NCBI GenBank assembly: GCA_041640595.1
Contig: JBEPZY010000001.1
Span: forward strand, 1,152,001-1,216,000
Direction: 5' to 3'
DNA: 64,000 bases
Source: Gemmatales bacterium
GTDB lineage: Bacteria > Planctomycetota > Planctomycetia > Gemmatales > HRBIN36
Positions within the stretch are counted from its first letter, which is position 1, and each line of letters starts with the position of its first letter. The notes under the pieces were generated by a model. It worked only from the letters and a program-made list of their open reading frames with translations, had not been told where the DNA came from and made no database searches. The position numbers were made by a program, and so were the translations under genes. Shown one piece after another: positions 48,859 to 60,146 of this stretch.

Positions 48859-49962
48859 TTAGAATCCAGTGCCGCTGGCGTTACGGTTATTACCATTGCC
48901 TACCGCACGAATAGTTGCGTTGCCTAGCAAGGTGACACCAAAGAGCCGTTCAATGGGGGTGAGGATTTTAGCCAGTGTATTATCCAGCGTGATCCAGTGA
49001 TCAGCCTGGACATAGATGCGATCGCCTGGCAATATCTGGTAATTAGTTGCCGTGCACCCGCGCATGGTGATGGCTTCCCAATTGACTGGCAAAATTTGTT
49101 CACCCCCTGCTTCCGGCGGTGCCGGGCGTGCGATCCAGATGTGTTTATTAGAGGCCTGGAAGGGTAACCCGTTCACCTTGGCAAGGGCATCTAAGACTGT
49201 CTCATTGCCGGTTATCGGCAAGGGGATAATTTGCTGACCATAACCACCGCCGTCGAAAATGACGTAATAGACTTTGCTGTTATAAGCGAGCACATCCACG
49301 GAAACTTCGGGATCCTGCAAAAATTTAGAAAGATGGCGTTCGATGGCGAGTTTAGCTTCGGCGAGGGTCATGCCGGCCACATAAACACTACCATAAGTGC
49401 CCAGGCCAATCGTGCCATCGGGCCGGACTAAGTGTTCGCCACGAATTTGCTGGAGTGCCCGCGATTCTGCCAAGCTCACGGTAACCCGCGGGTCTTTGAG
49501 AATCCTGCGAAGGTAAGATTCGATGGTCTGGCGAGCTTCTTCGAGGGTCTGACCGGCAACGCGAACCGAACCGTAACTTGGACCGAGCAGAATTGTCCCA
49601 TCCGGGTCCACACGGTACAACCCTGCAATAGGTTCATCCGGCAGCGTGCCTAACACCTGTATGAACAGCACATCCAGAGGCTCGATGCGATAGGGCGGCA
49701 ACGGAATGACCCGTACCGCGTCAATCAGCAAAATGTCCGGCGGCTCGATTACGTAGCTGGGCAACGACACTTTTTGCAGCTCGCGCGGCAGGTCGGGAAA
49801 AAACGGCTGGCTCATGCGAGTGTCAGCACAACCAACAAGCCACAGCGCTGCGCACATCAGGAGCGTTCCGGTTGCGCTTGGGCGCGACTGCAACCGAGAT
49901 TTTCTCCCAGGCGCCACTGGAATCGCGCAGCTAGTCGGACTGAAGCAAGCTGGCCCCGTCAT
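48859..49962 (-). CDS. wza: Polysaccharide export lipoprotein (Wza / poly_export family)
   Basis: Lipobox LVGC; two poly_export repeats (YVIEPPDIL, VRPDGTI.LG.YGSV.VAG.T); NYQILPGDRIYV; start uncertain. Confidence 0.8.
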   Translation of the reverse strand: MTGPACFSPTSCAIPVAPGRKSRLQSRPSATGTLLMCAALWLVGCADTRMSQPFFPDLPRELQKVSLPSYVIEPPDILLIDAVRVIPLPPYRIEPLDVLFIQVLGTLPDEPIAGLYRVDPDGTILLGPSYGSVRVAGQTLEEARQTIESYLRRILKDPRVTVSLAESRALQQIRGEHLVRPDGTIGLGTYGSVYVAGMTLAEAKLAIERHLSKFLQDPEVSVDVLAYNSKVYYVIFDGGGYGQQIIPLPITGNETVLDALAKVNGLPFQASNKHIWIARPAPPEAGGEQILPVNWEAITMRGCTATNYQILPGDRIYVQADHWITLDNTLAKILTPIERLFGVTLLGNATIRAVGNGNNRNASGTGF

Positions 49963-50727
49963 GTCTCCCCGCGCAAAAAGCTGGCATGGATATAACCGGC
50001 TGGCCAGGAAATGCTAGTCCAGCTTTCACATCGCTAACGTTTGTGCAGCCGCAGTTTCGTTCAGTAAGCGGCCAGTCGAACCGCATCATGGAAGCGATCG
50101 CTGGCGTTCGCTCAAAAGCAAGTTCAGCCAAAGTCAGCGTTGCCGCGGTTCGGCGAAAGCAGGTTATTGCGGTTTGTCCGATACAACTTCGGGAAGGGTC
50201 AGCAATTCGCCGCGAGGTAAGTGGGCGGGTTGGATGACCTCAGCTATTGGCAGGCAAAACAGGTCGCGTTACAAAGGCTGGAAATGCTCGCCCCAACCGA
50301 AACCATCTCTGTCTTCTATCCACCAGCGGCAGGTTCCATGAGCTCGAAATGCTTGCACAAGGCAAAGATGGCTGGACAAGTTTACAGTTTTCGGTCGGTC
50401 CTGGCCGTGTTTTTCAGCGAGGCTGTTGTTCGAGGACAGGGGGCGATAACTCACGTGCCAACCGGACATTGTGAAACGTTGCCGAGTCAAGATCACCTGC
50501 CTACCGAGCCGAACAACTGGTCTCGTCAAGCCGATGGCTTTGTGATACAAGGGGCGAGCCGAATCGCTGACCCGCATCGCTCATAAGGCTTGCTGCTAAG
50601 GAAGTGCCCGGAAAAATTGGCAGCTTCGCGGCAAGGGCTGGTGAGCCCGCATAACCGCGTGAGGCAAACTACTTCGCCGGGGGTCAGCAAACTCGGTGTC
50701 GCCGCCAGGTGAGCGGCTAGCTAAACC

Positions 50728-52332
50728 ATGCGGGGCTGGCGGATCCGCCACAAACTGATTGCCGGGCTGACTCTCGTCGTCAGCTGCGTCGGGGTGTTAC
50801 TGACTGGCACCCTGTGGGGGTTATTTTCGTATCGCGCCACGATGAAAAGCATTGATAGCAAACTTGCCGAACTGCGTACCGCCCAGGAAGTGCAAGAGGC
50901 GGTGATGGCCCTGGCGGCACTGGCGGAAACCGAACAGGCCGTCACCATCTCGGAATTTGCCCGACGGCTCGAACAAGCCCGACAAGCGTTAGCAGCTTAC
51001 CAGCAGCAACTCGAATACAGCGTTGCCCTGGGTCGCGATCCGGATCGCGGCCAGGATGAACGCGATGTCGTGGATGCCTTCAGGGCACTGCTGGCAGAAT
51101 TGGACCAGCTAATCGGGCAGACGGAACCGGCGGTGATGAGCGTGGGAGGGGGCGAAGTTCGGCCACTGCAGGAAAAAGCCCTGACCGTTTTGCAACGGCT
51201 ACGCCAGCTAGCTCCGGAACTGCGGGAGGTAATTCATAGCGATCTGAACCGACGTATCCATGCGGCCCGGCACGATTATCGAAATAGCCTGCTGGCCGTG
51301 TCGCTTGCTTCCGGCCTGGCCGTGTTGCTGGTCTTAGCGCTGGGCTTGCTGGCTTACCGCTGGATCATGGCACCCATTCGTGAATTGCACCAGAAAGTCA
51401 TGCGATTGGCCCAGGGAAACTTCGACAGTCACATCTCGGTGCAGAGCCACGATGAAATGCGTGACCTGGCGCAGGCCTTCAATCACATGATAGACCGCCT
51501 GCGGGAGATTTACCGCGACCTGGAACGCCAGGTTCAGGAACGCAGCCGACAACTGGTGCGTTCGGAACGCCTGGCAGGCATTGGTTTCCTTGCCGCAGGC
51601 GTAGCCCACGAAATCAATAATCCGCTGGCCAGTATCGCCTTTTGCTGCGAAGCTCTGGAAAGACGCCTGACCGACCTGCTGGGCGACAAACAGGACCATC
51701 CTGATTACGCCACCGTTTTCCAGTACCTGCGGATGATGCAACAGGAGGCTTTCCGTTGCAAAAAGATCACGGAAAAGCTCCTGGAGTTCAGCCGCGTTGG
51801 TGAAAAGCATCGAGAAGTTACTGACCTGGCCGAACTCGTTCAATCGGTGCTGCAAATGGTGGAACACATGCCCCATCACAAAGGGAAAATCGTCCGCTTC
51901 GACATTCGCCATCGGCCGCGGGTGCTGGTGAACGCCCATGAAATCAAATCCGTGGTGCTCAACCTGGTGGTCAACGCCCTGGAAAGCATGGATGAAGGCG
52001 GGGAGCTGGTGATCACGCTGGACGCCGACCAGGACTGGGCAGTGATGACCTTCCGCGATACCGGTTGCGGCATGACACCCGAAGTGCTGGAAAACATCTT
52101 TGAGCCGTTCTTCACCCGCAGCCGCACCGGTAAGGGAACGGGGTTGGGTCTATCCATCACGCACCACATTGTAACGCAGCATGGCGGAGAAATCGAAGCC
52201 CACAGCGATGGCCCCAACCGCGGCAGCACGTTTACCGTGCGATTGCCACTTCGTGCCTCATTGGCAACGGAACCAGCGCGCGAGCCGAAAGTAACCAACT
52301 CACACTCGCCGCTCCTGGCTAAAGCGGCTTGA
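50728..52332 (+). CDS. HAMP-domain sensor histidine kinase
   Basis: 2 TM segments, [36 protein letters not shown]. Confidence 0.92.
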   Translation: MRGWRIRHKLIAGLTLVVSCVGVLLTGTLWGLFSYRATMKSIDSKLAELRTAQEVQEAVMALAALAETEQAVTISEFARRLEQARQALAAYQQQLEYSVALGRDPDRGQDERDVVDAFRALLAELDQLIGQTEPAVMSVGGGEVRPLQEKALTVLQRLRQLAPELREVIHSDLNRRIHAARHDYRNSLLAVSLASGLAVLLVLALGLLAYRWIMAPIRELHQKVMRLAQGNFDSHISVQSHDEMRDLAQAFNHMIDRLREIYRDLERQVQERSRQLVRSERLAGIGFLAAGVAHEINNPLASIAFCCEALERRLTDLLGDKQDHPDYATVFQYLRMMQQEAFRCKKITEKLLEFSRVGEKHREVTDLAELVQSVLQMVEHMPHHKGKIVRFDIRHRPRVLVNAHEIKSVVLNLVVNALESMDEGGELVITLDADQDWAVMTFRDTGCGMTPEVLENIFEPFFTRSRTGKGTGLGLSITHHIVTQHGGEIEAHSDGPNRGSTFTVRLPLRASLATEPAREPKVTNSHSPLLAKAA

Positions 52333-52357
52333 GGATGAACCGGAGAGGAGGTCAGTA

Positions 52358-53767
52358 GTGCAGGCGACAGCAACGCGACGCTTGCGCGTGCTTTTTGCCG
52401 ACGACGAACCCCACTTGCGAGAATTGCTCCAGACCGAATTGAGCCGCCTCGGACATTACGTTACGGTTTGTCCGGATGGCCCGAGTGCTCTCAAAGCCCT
52501 GGAAAAGGGGAGTTACGACGCGGCTATTCTGGATATTCGCATGCCCGGCATGAGCGGCCTGGAAGTGCTCATGCGGATGAAACAAATTGCACCCAATACC
52601 GAGGCGATTTTGCTGACCGGCCATGCCAGCCTGGAATCGGCGGTGGAAGCGTTGCGGCTGGGAGCGTTTGAATATATCACCAAGCCGTGCAAGCTGGCGG
52701 AAATCGAAGCGGTGTTACGCCGCATTGCCGAGAAAAAAGAACTCACCCTGCACAATCTCGCCTTGCAACGCCGCCTGCGCGCTGCCGAAGGGCCGACTGT
52801 GCTCATTGGCGAATCTCCGCCCATGCAGCAGGTGCGACGCCTGATTGCAACCATCGCCCCTACCGACGCCACGGTGCTGATTTTGGGAGAGACCGGCACC
52901 GGCAAGGAACTGGTGGCCCGCATCATCTACGAACAAAGCCGGCGTGCGGCTATGCCTTTTGTTCCGGTTAATTGTGGTGCTCTTTCGGAAAACCTGGTCG
53001 AGAGCGAACTCTTCGGACATCGCAAAGGCGCGTTCACCGGTGCCGACCGCGACCATAAGGGATTATTCGAGGTGGCCAACGGGGGTACCCTGTTTCTCGA
53101 TGAAGTGGCAGAGTTGAGCAAGCACATCCAGGTGAAACTGTTACGCTTTCTGGAATCGGGCGAGATTCGCCGCGTCGGTGAAACTGAACCGTTTCGCACG
53201 GACGTGCGGGTGCTGTGTGCCACCAACCGAGACCTGCGGCAGATGGTGGAACGCGAGGAATTTCGTGAGGACCTTTACTTCCGCATCAACACTTTCGAGA
53301 TTCATCTCCCACCGTTACGGGAGCGACGAGCGGATATTCCGGAGCTAGCCCGGCATCTTCTGGCGCGGGCAGCACGCAAACCGGTGGAACAGGTGGCGGA
53401 ATTGCTGCGTCCAGAAACACTTGACGCCTTGCTGGAGCACGATTGGCCTGGCAATGTTCGCGAACTGGCCAACGCCATGGAGCATGCCTGGATCGTTTCC
53501 GGTGGCGGGATGATTACTCCCGATCACCTGCCGCGGCACGTCGTGGAACGTGCTGCCGGGGTCAGTCTGGCCACAGTTCGACAGCACGGTCCTGGAGAAC
53601 CCCCGCAGCCACGCACCCTGCGCGAAGTGGAAATGGAACACGTGCTCCGCGTTCTGGAAAAACATGGCGGTAACAAACCCGCGGCCGCTGCTGAACTCGG
53701 CATCAGTCTGAAAACACTTTACAATAAACTGCATCAGCTCGAGGCCGAGCGCAAACAGGCGGGCTAG
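52358..53767 (+). CDS. Sigma54-dependent response regulator (NtrC/AtoC family)
   Basis: REC domain, [31 protein letters not shown], Fis-type HTH. Confidence 0.95.
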   Translation: MQATATRRLRVLFADDEPHLRELLQTELSRLGHYVTVCPDGPSALKALEKGSYDAAILDIRMPGMSGLEVLMRMKQIAPNTEAILLTGHASLESAVEALRLGAFEYITKPCKLAEIEAVLRRIAEKKELTLHNLALQRRLRAAEGPTVLIGESPPMQQVRRLIATIAPTDATVLILGETGTGKELVARIIYEQSRRAAMPFVPVNCGALSENLVESELFGHRKGAFTGADRDHKGLFEVANGGTLFLDEVAELSKHIQVKLLRFLESGEIRRVGETEPFRTDVRVLCATNRDLRQMVEREEFREDLYFRINTFEIHLPPLRERRADIPELARHLLARAARKPVEQVAELLRPETLDALLEHDWPGNVRELANAMEHAWIVSGGGMITPDHLPRHVVERAAGVSLATVRQHGPGEPPQPRTLREVEMEHVLRVLEKHGGNKPAAAAELGISLKTLYNKLHQLEAERKQAG

Positions 53768-53939
53768 CCCATTTCCATGGGGCTATCAACCTAAAAGTCT
53801 GCCCAGCAACGACGGCACATACACGGAGCATCTGTCCAGCCTGTACGCCTCATCGCTCTTTTTGAGGACAGAGCGGTCAAACTTTTCGGGTTAGAAGACC
53901 GGCCAGCGACGGGCAACATTTTCCACAGGATACGTGGCC

Positions 53940-54380
53940 ATGTCGAGCGAAGCTGTTAGCCGCACCACGCCGGCAACTGCTGGCCAGAATCGGGGCGAAG
54001 TATCAGCACGTCCACCGCGACGCTGGCGGGATAAGTTCGCCGATGCTTTCCGCGGTCTCAAGCTGGGAATCCGTGGGCAGTCCAGCTTTTTCGTACATTT
54101 TTTCGTGGCCGCCGCTGCCCTGGCTGCTGCTTGGGTAATGGCCCTGGACTGGGTCAGCTGGTGCTTGCTGCTGTTATGTATCGGCATGGTTTTGACAGCT
54201 GAGATGTTCAACAGCGCCCTGGAGACGTTTTGTCGCGGTCTGGACGAACCCAGCCGTAACCGTTGTGCCCCGGCTCTGGATATTGCCGCAGGGGCAGTGC
54301 TTTTAGCGGCGAGCACGGCAATTCTTGTCGGGGGAGCAATTTTTCTGGTTCGGCTGGCTGTTTTGCTGCACTGGTTCTAA
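53940..54380 (+). CDS. Diacylglycerol/undecaprenol kinase family (DgkA-type)
   Basis: F..AFRGL, AEMFNSALE, ALDIAAGAVL; 3 TM segments. Confidence 0.85.
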   Translation: MSSEAVSRTTPATAGQNRGEVSARPPRRWRDKFADAFRGLKLGIRGQSSFFVHFFVAAAALAAAWVMALDWVSWCLLLLCIGMVLTAEMFNSALETFCRGLDEPSRNRCAPALDIAAGAVLLAASTAILVGGAIFLVRLAVLLHWF

Positions 54381-54446
54381 AAGAGCCGCACCGTTGACTA
54401 AAATAATCGAGGCGAGGACGGAAACTCATCCTGGAGAGGGCTGCTT

Positions 54447-55169
54447 ATGCGCGTCCTGGTGGCTATTCCCGTATATAACGAAGAGCGGAACGTTGTGACG
54501 GTGTTGCGACAGGTTCGGGAATGGGTGAGCGAAATCCTGGTGGTCAATGACGGTTCGACCGATGGCACAGCCGATTTGCTGGCCCGGGAAAAAGACCTGC
54601 ATTTGATCACACACCGGCAGAATCGGGGTTACGGAGCGGCGATCCGCTCGGCCATGGCGTTTGCCCTGGCGCATCGTTACGAGGTGCTGGTGACCATGGA
54701 CTGCGATGGCCAGCACGAACCGCACCGGATTCCCGTGTTGCTGGAAGCCCTCAGCGAGGAAATCGAGCTGGTCTCCGGCTCACGTTACCTGCGCCGTTTT
54801 CATCATGACGACGAACCGCCACACGACCGCAGACACATCAATCAAGTCATCACCCAGGAGCTCAACCAGCGACTTGGTTTGCAAATCACGGATGCTTTTT
54901 GCGGTTTCAAAGCCTATCGGGTGCGTGCGCTCAAAGACCTGGACCTCGACGAAGATGGCTGGGGCATGCCTTTGCAACTGTGGGTACAGGCAGCGTTTTT
55001 AGGCTGGCGAATCCGCGAAGTGGCTGTCCCGCGCCTCTACCTTGACCCCCATCGAGCTTTTGGCGGTACGTTGAACGATCCCGAGGTGCGGCTGGCTTAT
55101 TATCGCAGTGTCCTCGAACGGGAACTAACCCGCTGTCTCATTGGCTGGCGGGGAGGCTACCGCGGATGA
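54447..55169 (+). CDS. Glycosyltransferase family 2 (DPM-synthase-like)
   Basis: IPVYNEE, VNDGSTD, NRGYGAA, MDCDGQH, ITDAFCGFKAYR. Confidence 0.9.
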   Translation: MRVLVAIPVYNEERNVVTVLRQVREWVSEILVVNDGSTDGTADLLAREKDLHLITHRQNRGYGAAIRSAMAFALAHRYEVLVTMDCDGQHEPHRIPVLLEALSEEIELVSGSRYLRRFHHDDEPPHDRRHINQVITQELNQRLGLQITDAFCGFKAYRVRALKDLDLDEDGWGMPLQLWVQAAFLGWRIREVAVPRLYLDPHRAFGGTLNDPEVRLAYYRSVLERELTRCLIGWRGGYRG

Positions 55170-56869
55170 ATGCCGCCAGATGGCATGCCCCGCAGGAAGA
55201 CGGTGGCACACTCATCGAACCACCACCGTCCAACTGGCCTGAATGTGTAAAGACCAACGCCGAGTGTTTCCGGACAATCGAGACGCGATTCTGTGGCATT
55301 TCGTTGGCCGATTGGCGCAGCGAACTGCGCACCCTGGTTGCGCAATTGGCAAGTGTTCAGCTTCAGCGCTGGGGCGAAAATGTCCGCTGGCCCGAGGGAG
55401 GATTTCTGGTAACCGGCCATCAACCGGAATTGTTCCATCCCGGCGTCTGGGCCAAGTGCTTTGCCCTTGCCGAGGCTGCACCAAAAATCGGATTAGTCCC
55501 ACTGAATTTGATCGCCGACCACGACCAGCCGAAGCCTCTGGCCATTCGTGTCCCAGTCCGCAATGAACGGGGGCTGACTACGGAGTGGGTTCCGTTCTGC
55601 GATGCCAGCCCTGCCCTGGCATGGGAAGAATACGCTGTTAGCTGGGGACAGGAATACTCGTTACCAACACTGCAGGCACAACTTCAATCGAGCCCGCCTA
55701 TCCCCACACAGTCGGCACCAAACTTGTGTTCGGAAGAACGTTTTCAAAATTTCCCCAAACAGGTCGTGCGAATATGTGGTGATTTGTTACCGGAGATGAT
55801 TCTGCCGGACTTCTGGTCGTTAGCGATGGAGCTAGCGGCGCGACTCAATCCCCCGGCCTGCCTCGCGGAGACTTTGTCCGGAGCCAGAAGGCTCTGGGAA
55901 CAGCGCTGGGGTTATCACAACGCCGAATTGCGAGTCTCGGCCCTGTCAGATACGGAACCGTTTCATGCGTTTGTCGTCACGTTGCTCGATCAATTGCCGA
56001 GCTTTGTCCAGCAACACAACGCCGAACTGTACGCTTTTCGACGCGAGAACCGTCTGCGCAGTCGCACCCATCCGGTGCCTCCATTGCGGAGCGCTGAGGG
56101 TTGGTGCGAATCTCCTTTCTGGGCGTGGACGCGTGGCCAACCGCGACGACCGTTATGGTGGTCTGCTCGGAACGATGGCTGGCAATTGCGTTTGGGGGAA
56201 GCCGGCCCAATTCTTCACGTCCGCGCCGTTCGACGTCGGGAAGATTTATCAGTCTGGCGGCAGGCACTTCAGCAGGCCGGGTGGAAAATTCGTCCCCGCG
56301 CACTGACCCTGACACTTTTCGTCCGCCTTTTCCTTGCTGAGCTGTTTGTGCACGGCATCGGTGGAGCAATTTACGACCGGTTTACCGACCGACTACTATG
56401 GCGTGTGTGGGGAATCAAGCCGCCGCACTACACGGTGGTTTCGGCAACGTTGCGGTTACCATTGCCGCGTCCGGCAGTACCCTCGTGGAACCGTGCGGAG
56501 TTATTACAGCGTGTGCGCGATTGCCAGTTTAACCCCGACCGCGTCTTACCACCGCAAGCCCTGGCGCTACCGCAAGTGCAATCGCTGGTAGCGCGCAAAC
56601 GAGCTCTTCTGCAGCAATGGGCTGAGGCTAGCCGAGAGCAACGACCGGTCCTGCATCGGCAGCTTGCAGAAATCCGCGAGGCTTTGCGGCCTATGACGCG
56701 GCAGGTCGAGGCAGAGCTACGCCAGCGACTCAATATGCTCGCCCATTATCAGGCACAATCGGCTCTGGTAACGGCTCGCGACTGGGCTTTCGTCTTATAC
56801 AGTGACAGCGCGTTGACACACCTGGTGGAAATCGTCCGGCAAAAATTCTCGGTGTTGCGAGGCGTTTGA
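55166..56869 (+). CDS. Hypothetical protein, distant BshC-like
   Basis: VTGHQPELFHPGVWAK, D.D, RPRALTLT...FVHGIGG..YD, C-terminal coiled coil; ATGA overlap with the GT2 gene. Confidence 0.6.
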   Translation: MNAARWHAPQEDGGTLIEPPPSNWPECVKTNAECFRTIETRFCGISLADWRSELRTLVAQLASVQLQRWGENVRWPEGGFLVTGHQPELFHPGVWAKCFALAEAAPKIGLVPLNLIADHDQPKPLAIRVPVRNERGLTTEWVPFCDASPALAWEEYAVSWGQEYSLPTLQAQLQSSPPIPTQSAPNLCSEERFQNFPKQVVRICGDLLPEMILPDFWSLAMELAARLNPPACLAETLSGARRLWEQRWGYHNAELRVSALSDTEPFHAFVVTLLDQLPSFVQQHNAELYAFRRENRLRSRTHPVPPLRSAEGWCESPFWAWTRGQPRRPLWWSARNDGWQLRLGEAGPILHVRAVRRREDLSVWRQALQQAGWKIRPRALTLTLFVRLFLAELFVHGIGGAIYDRFTDRLLWRVWGIKPPHYTVVSATLRLPLPRPAVPSWNRAELLQRVRDCQFNPDRVLPPQALALPQVQSLVARKRALLQQWAEASREQRPVLHRQLAEIREALRPMTRQVEAELRQRLNMLAHYQAQSALVTARDWAFVLYSDSALTHLVEIVRQKFSVLRGV

Positions 56870-56889
56870 ACCCATAGCGGTTCACCGGA

Positions 56890-59145
56890 CTAGGCCGCTT
56901 GGCTGTGCGACCAGCAACAGGAGGACGCCTTGCCCACTGCATTCAAGGTACGTTTACGCTCCGCCACTTCGTAAAAGATATCGAGCAGAGCCCGGTACAA
57001 ATGATCCATCGTCCAGTCTGCGGCAGCACGACGAGCATGCAGGGAACATTGCCGGCGGATATCTGGTTGGGAGAGCAAATCCAGATACTCCGCCAGTCTC
57101 CAGTAATCATGCGGGTCATCCAGCACGAAACCGTTCAGCGGCGGGGTCAACAATTCGGCGGCGCCGTTGTAGCAGGTGGTGATGACGGGCAAACCGCAGG
57201 CCAGGGCTTCCATGACTACCAGCGAACAGGGATCGTAAAAGGTGGGATGCACGACAAAATCCGCAGCGAAGAAGCAGCGTCGCACGTCCGCTTGGTAGCC
57301 GAGAAAATGTACCTGTTCACTCACGCCCAACCGGTGAGCAAGTTGTCGGTAAGCGACATCCTTCCGACTGCCGCAAACCAGCAACCGCAATGGTTTGCCG
57401 CGAAGAACCTGCATGGCCTGGAGAAGTGTCCCCAGCCCTTTGAGGGGATAGTTGTGGCCGACGAACAACGCCACCGGGACATCGGGGGCGATGCCCAGGC
57501 GTTGCCGCATTTCCTGCCGCAGATTTTCCCGCTGGTCCTCGGCGAATCGCTGAGGATCAATGGCGGCATGCAAAACACGAATTTGGTCGGCAGGAAGATG
57601 GTAATAGCGTTGACAATGGCGTTTGACCATATCGCTTACCGCGATGATCAACGGTCGGCGTCCGCGACAAAACTGTTTGCGCTCCAGCAGTAAATACGAC
57701 CAGTAGCAGATGTCCAGCATGCGCCACACTCGAGCTATCCCCCGTCGCCACCAACTGCGATAGCGCAGGATGTTGTGGTCGGCGTTGGCCACATGCAAAC
57801 CGCCTCCGAGAATGATTACGTCCTGGTGCCAGGTTTTGACAAAGCCGACCGTAACGTCAAAATGCTGTTGTCGCAGGGCATCTTCGCAGGATTGTGCGAA
57901 ATACCACGGCCGCAAAAACCGCGGCATCCACCGCATCGGCAAACGGTGGAAAATGAGGCTGTCTGGCAAAGCCTCCGCATCCCGCTGCCAGGCAAAGAGG
58001 TGAACCTCGTGACCGTCTCGTATCAGTCGGCGAATCAGATCCACGATAAAGACTTCCATGCCCCCACGGGCCGGATACACTTTGTCGTAACACAGCGCAA
58101 TCCGCAGCGGTACTGGATGGCAGGGCAGAATGGACGAAGAACTGTTCCCGCTACTCCAGACACGAAGGCCTGCCGCCCGACCTCCACTGCTCTCCGACGG
58201 CGTTTCGATTGTTGGCGTGGACGGTTGGTCAGATCGTGATGAACTCGTTGTCGCCTCAGTATGTATCCACCAGTTTCGCTTGGATTGTACACCGGCGTGA
58301 TGGGCATTTTGCCGGCGATAGCGTTCGGCTTTGCGCAGGACTCGACGCAATAGGCGCAGGTCGCATGGGTTTAGCTGGTCGCGATTCAGGTAGGAGCGGA
58401 AGAAGATCATCCAGTCGTCCGGCTCCAGGCCCGGTACGGACATGGAGAATGCTAATTGTGCTAAATCCTTGGTTCGCCAGCGCCAAACGAGCCAGTTATG
58501 CTGTCGCATCCGGTGCAGGTCAATCAGATAGATCCGGTCGCGCAATTCTGCATCGGGGCGCAAACACTCAGCGGGCAGGAAAAAGTGGCACAGGTACAAA
58601 TCCTTGTGGAATCGTTGGGCAGCATGTAAGCGACGCACCAGCTGACCCAGATGCTGGAGCAAGCACGTTTTCCAGTGCTGAAACTCCTGCGGAGTAAGCA
58701 TTCGCCAGGCAAGCGGTATAGCCTGGTGCAACGGAAGCATGTCTTGGAGCTCGCGCACCGCCAGGAAACTTTGCAGACGCAAGCCCGGTCCAAAATGTTC
58801 TCCTGCGGCCAGGGCTTCAGGGACAGCCAATCCCGCTGCTTTCGCCCATTGCAGGTTTCGCCATTCCTGCATGGCACTGGATTCCCCGAACCCACATAAC
58901 ACCGTCAGACGCTGCCACAACGGTAACCAGTAGTGGCGTTTCAAAAAAAGAGTCAATTGACCGTCGGGGCCGCTCACGGTCAACTTCCCCACCGAACGCC
59001 CTTGCTTGGAACTGGCGATTTCCTGCACCGACCACCGCAGCACATCTTGCACGGCAGCCTCGCCGAAGTAGCGCCGCCAGGTCGGTGTGCTTTCCACCAC
59101 GACTTTTCCTCGCCGCCAGCGTTGCCACCATGCATACCAGCTCAT
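56890..59145 (-). CDS. LPS kinase (Kdo/WaaP family) fused to a GT4 glycosyltransferase
   Basis: FLKRH, EWRNL, HKDLYLCHF, LIDLHR; Ser/Thr-rich linker; GGME, FVGHNYPLKG, PTFYDPCSLVVMEALACGLPVITT. Confidence 0.88.
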   Translation of the reverse strand: MSWYAWWQRWRRGKVVVESTPTWRRYFGEAAVQDVLRWSVQEIASSKQGRSVGKLTVSGPDGQLTLFLKRHYWLPLWQRLTVLCGFGESSAMQEWRNLQWAKAAGLAVPEALAAGEHFGPGLRLQSFLAVRELQDMLPLHQAIPLAWRMLTPQEFQHWKTCLLQHLGQLVRRLHAAQRFHKDLYLCHFFLPAECLRPDAELRDRIYLIDLHRMRQHNWLVWRWRTKDLAQLAFSMSVPGLEPDDWMIFFRSYLNRDQLNPCDLRLLRRVLRKAERYRRQNAHHAGVQSKRNWWIHTEATTSSSRSDQPSTPTIETPSESSGGRAAGLRVWSSGNSSSSILPCHPVPLRIALCYDKVYPARGGMEVFIVDLIRRLIRDGHEVHLFAWQRDAEALPDSLIFHRLPMRWMPRFLRPWYFAQSCEDALRQQHFDVTVGFVKTWHQDVIILGGGLHVANADHNILRYRSWWRRGIARVWRMLDICYWSYLLLERKQFCRGRRPLIIAVSDMVKRHCQRYYHLPADQIRVLHAAIDPQRFAEDQRENLRQEMRQRLGIAPDVPVALFVGHNYPLKGLGTLLQAMQVLRGKPLRLLVCGSRKDVAYRQLAHRLGVSEQVHFLGYQADVRRCFFAADFVVHPTFYDPCSLVVMEALACGLPVITTCYNGAAELLTPPLNGFVLDDPHDYWRLAEYLDLLSQPDIRRQCSLHARRAAADWTMDHLYRALLDIFYEVAERKRTLNAVGKASSCCWSHSQAA

Positions 59146-59246
59146 CCTGGTCTCCGGTTCTTCCGTAAAATCTTCGCTCAGCCAGTCTCTCGAATCGCCC
59201 GAGGTCACGCAGCTAGCCAACTTGCGCTGTGGCAAGTTTCAGACAA

Positions 59247-60086
59247 TCACGCGTCAGCATAAAGGAGGCAATCCTGGAGAGCTACCTGCCAGCGCCGCTT
59301 GCGTACCACCGTTTCACGGCAACGCTCAGCTTCGCGCCGCACAGCTTTCCACAAAGGCAGACACCGGGCGCCAGTCGGTTGTAGTCGGTCTCCTCGTAGT
59401 TGGCCGGCGGTCAAACGCCCCAGATAGGTTTCCAGGAACTCCCGAAATTCCCCTGCTCTAGCCTGCCCTTGCGGCAGGGACGAAGCCAGTTTGGCCAGTT
59501 CGCGGATGCGTTCGGGCCAAGGGACGAACTTGTCCTGCCAGGAGCGAGCCAAATCGAGTACACCGATTTCCTGGTCAGTTAACCGCACGTAAATGTGCCA
59601 GGCATACAGATCGGGGTGGGCCAACCCGGCTCCGTGAAACTTAGCGAGCCAACTGGCCAATCGTTTCAATAGGCCTTGCCATTCCTCGGTAGAGGCTCCA
59701 ATAGCGTATTTGTCCAGTGGTACGCAATCCTGAAGTTCGGCAGTCAGCAAAAAGCCCTGCGAGCCGCGCTGCCCACAAGCCAGCACTGTTGGCACCAGAA
59801 AACCCGCCGCCTGTGCTCGGCGTAACATCCGCCATTCACGAACCGATTTGCCTACTGGTCCAAAACCATCCCACCAGTTGCGGAATTTTTCCTTGGCAGC
59901 AATGCGAAATTCTCGTTTCAGATACGCCGTCAATGGCCCCAAGCGCAGGCGTGTTACACTACGGCTACCGTTTTGCCGACGCCGCACCACCACACCTTGG
60001 CTCACCTTCAAAAAATCATCGAAGCGCAGCAGATTTTGTTCCTGCAGCAGGGTCAGGTAACCAGGATGCCGCCACAGCAATTCCAT
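59247..60086 (-). CDS. LPS kinase (Kdo/WaaP family)
   Basis: YLKRE, REW, HPDLYAWHI, LDLAR; GGAGG RBS before ATG 60086. Confidence 0.8.
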   Translation of the reverse strand: MELLWRHPGYLTLLQEQNLLRFDDFLKVSQGVVVRRRQNGSRSVTRLRLGPLTAYLKREFRIAAKEKFRNWWDGFGPVGKSVREWRMLRRAQAAGFLVPTVLACGQRGSQGFLLTAELQDCVPLDKYAIGASTEEWQGLLKRLASWLAKFHGAGLAHPDLYAWHIYVRLTDQEIGVLDLARSWQDKFVPWPERIRELAKLASSLPQGQARAGEFREFLETYLGRLTAGQLRGDRLQPTGARCLPLWKAVRREAERCRETVVRKRRWQVALQDCLLYADA

Positions 60087-60146
60087 CGGCTCGCCTCCGT
60101 GCTCGAAAAGACCTAATAATTGGCAATTGGGAAACAGCACTCGGCT

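Noticed and set aside
50446..50461. Sigma54 promoter for wza (minus strand TTGGCACGTGAGTTAT)
   Set aside because: The -24 box is perfect, but the essential -12 GC is replaced by AT
50660..50700. c-di-GMP-I riboswitch-like GGCAAAC...GCAAA spacing
   Set aside because: Lacks the GNRA tetraloop, a well-paired P2 and a P3 receptor
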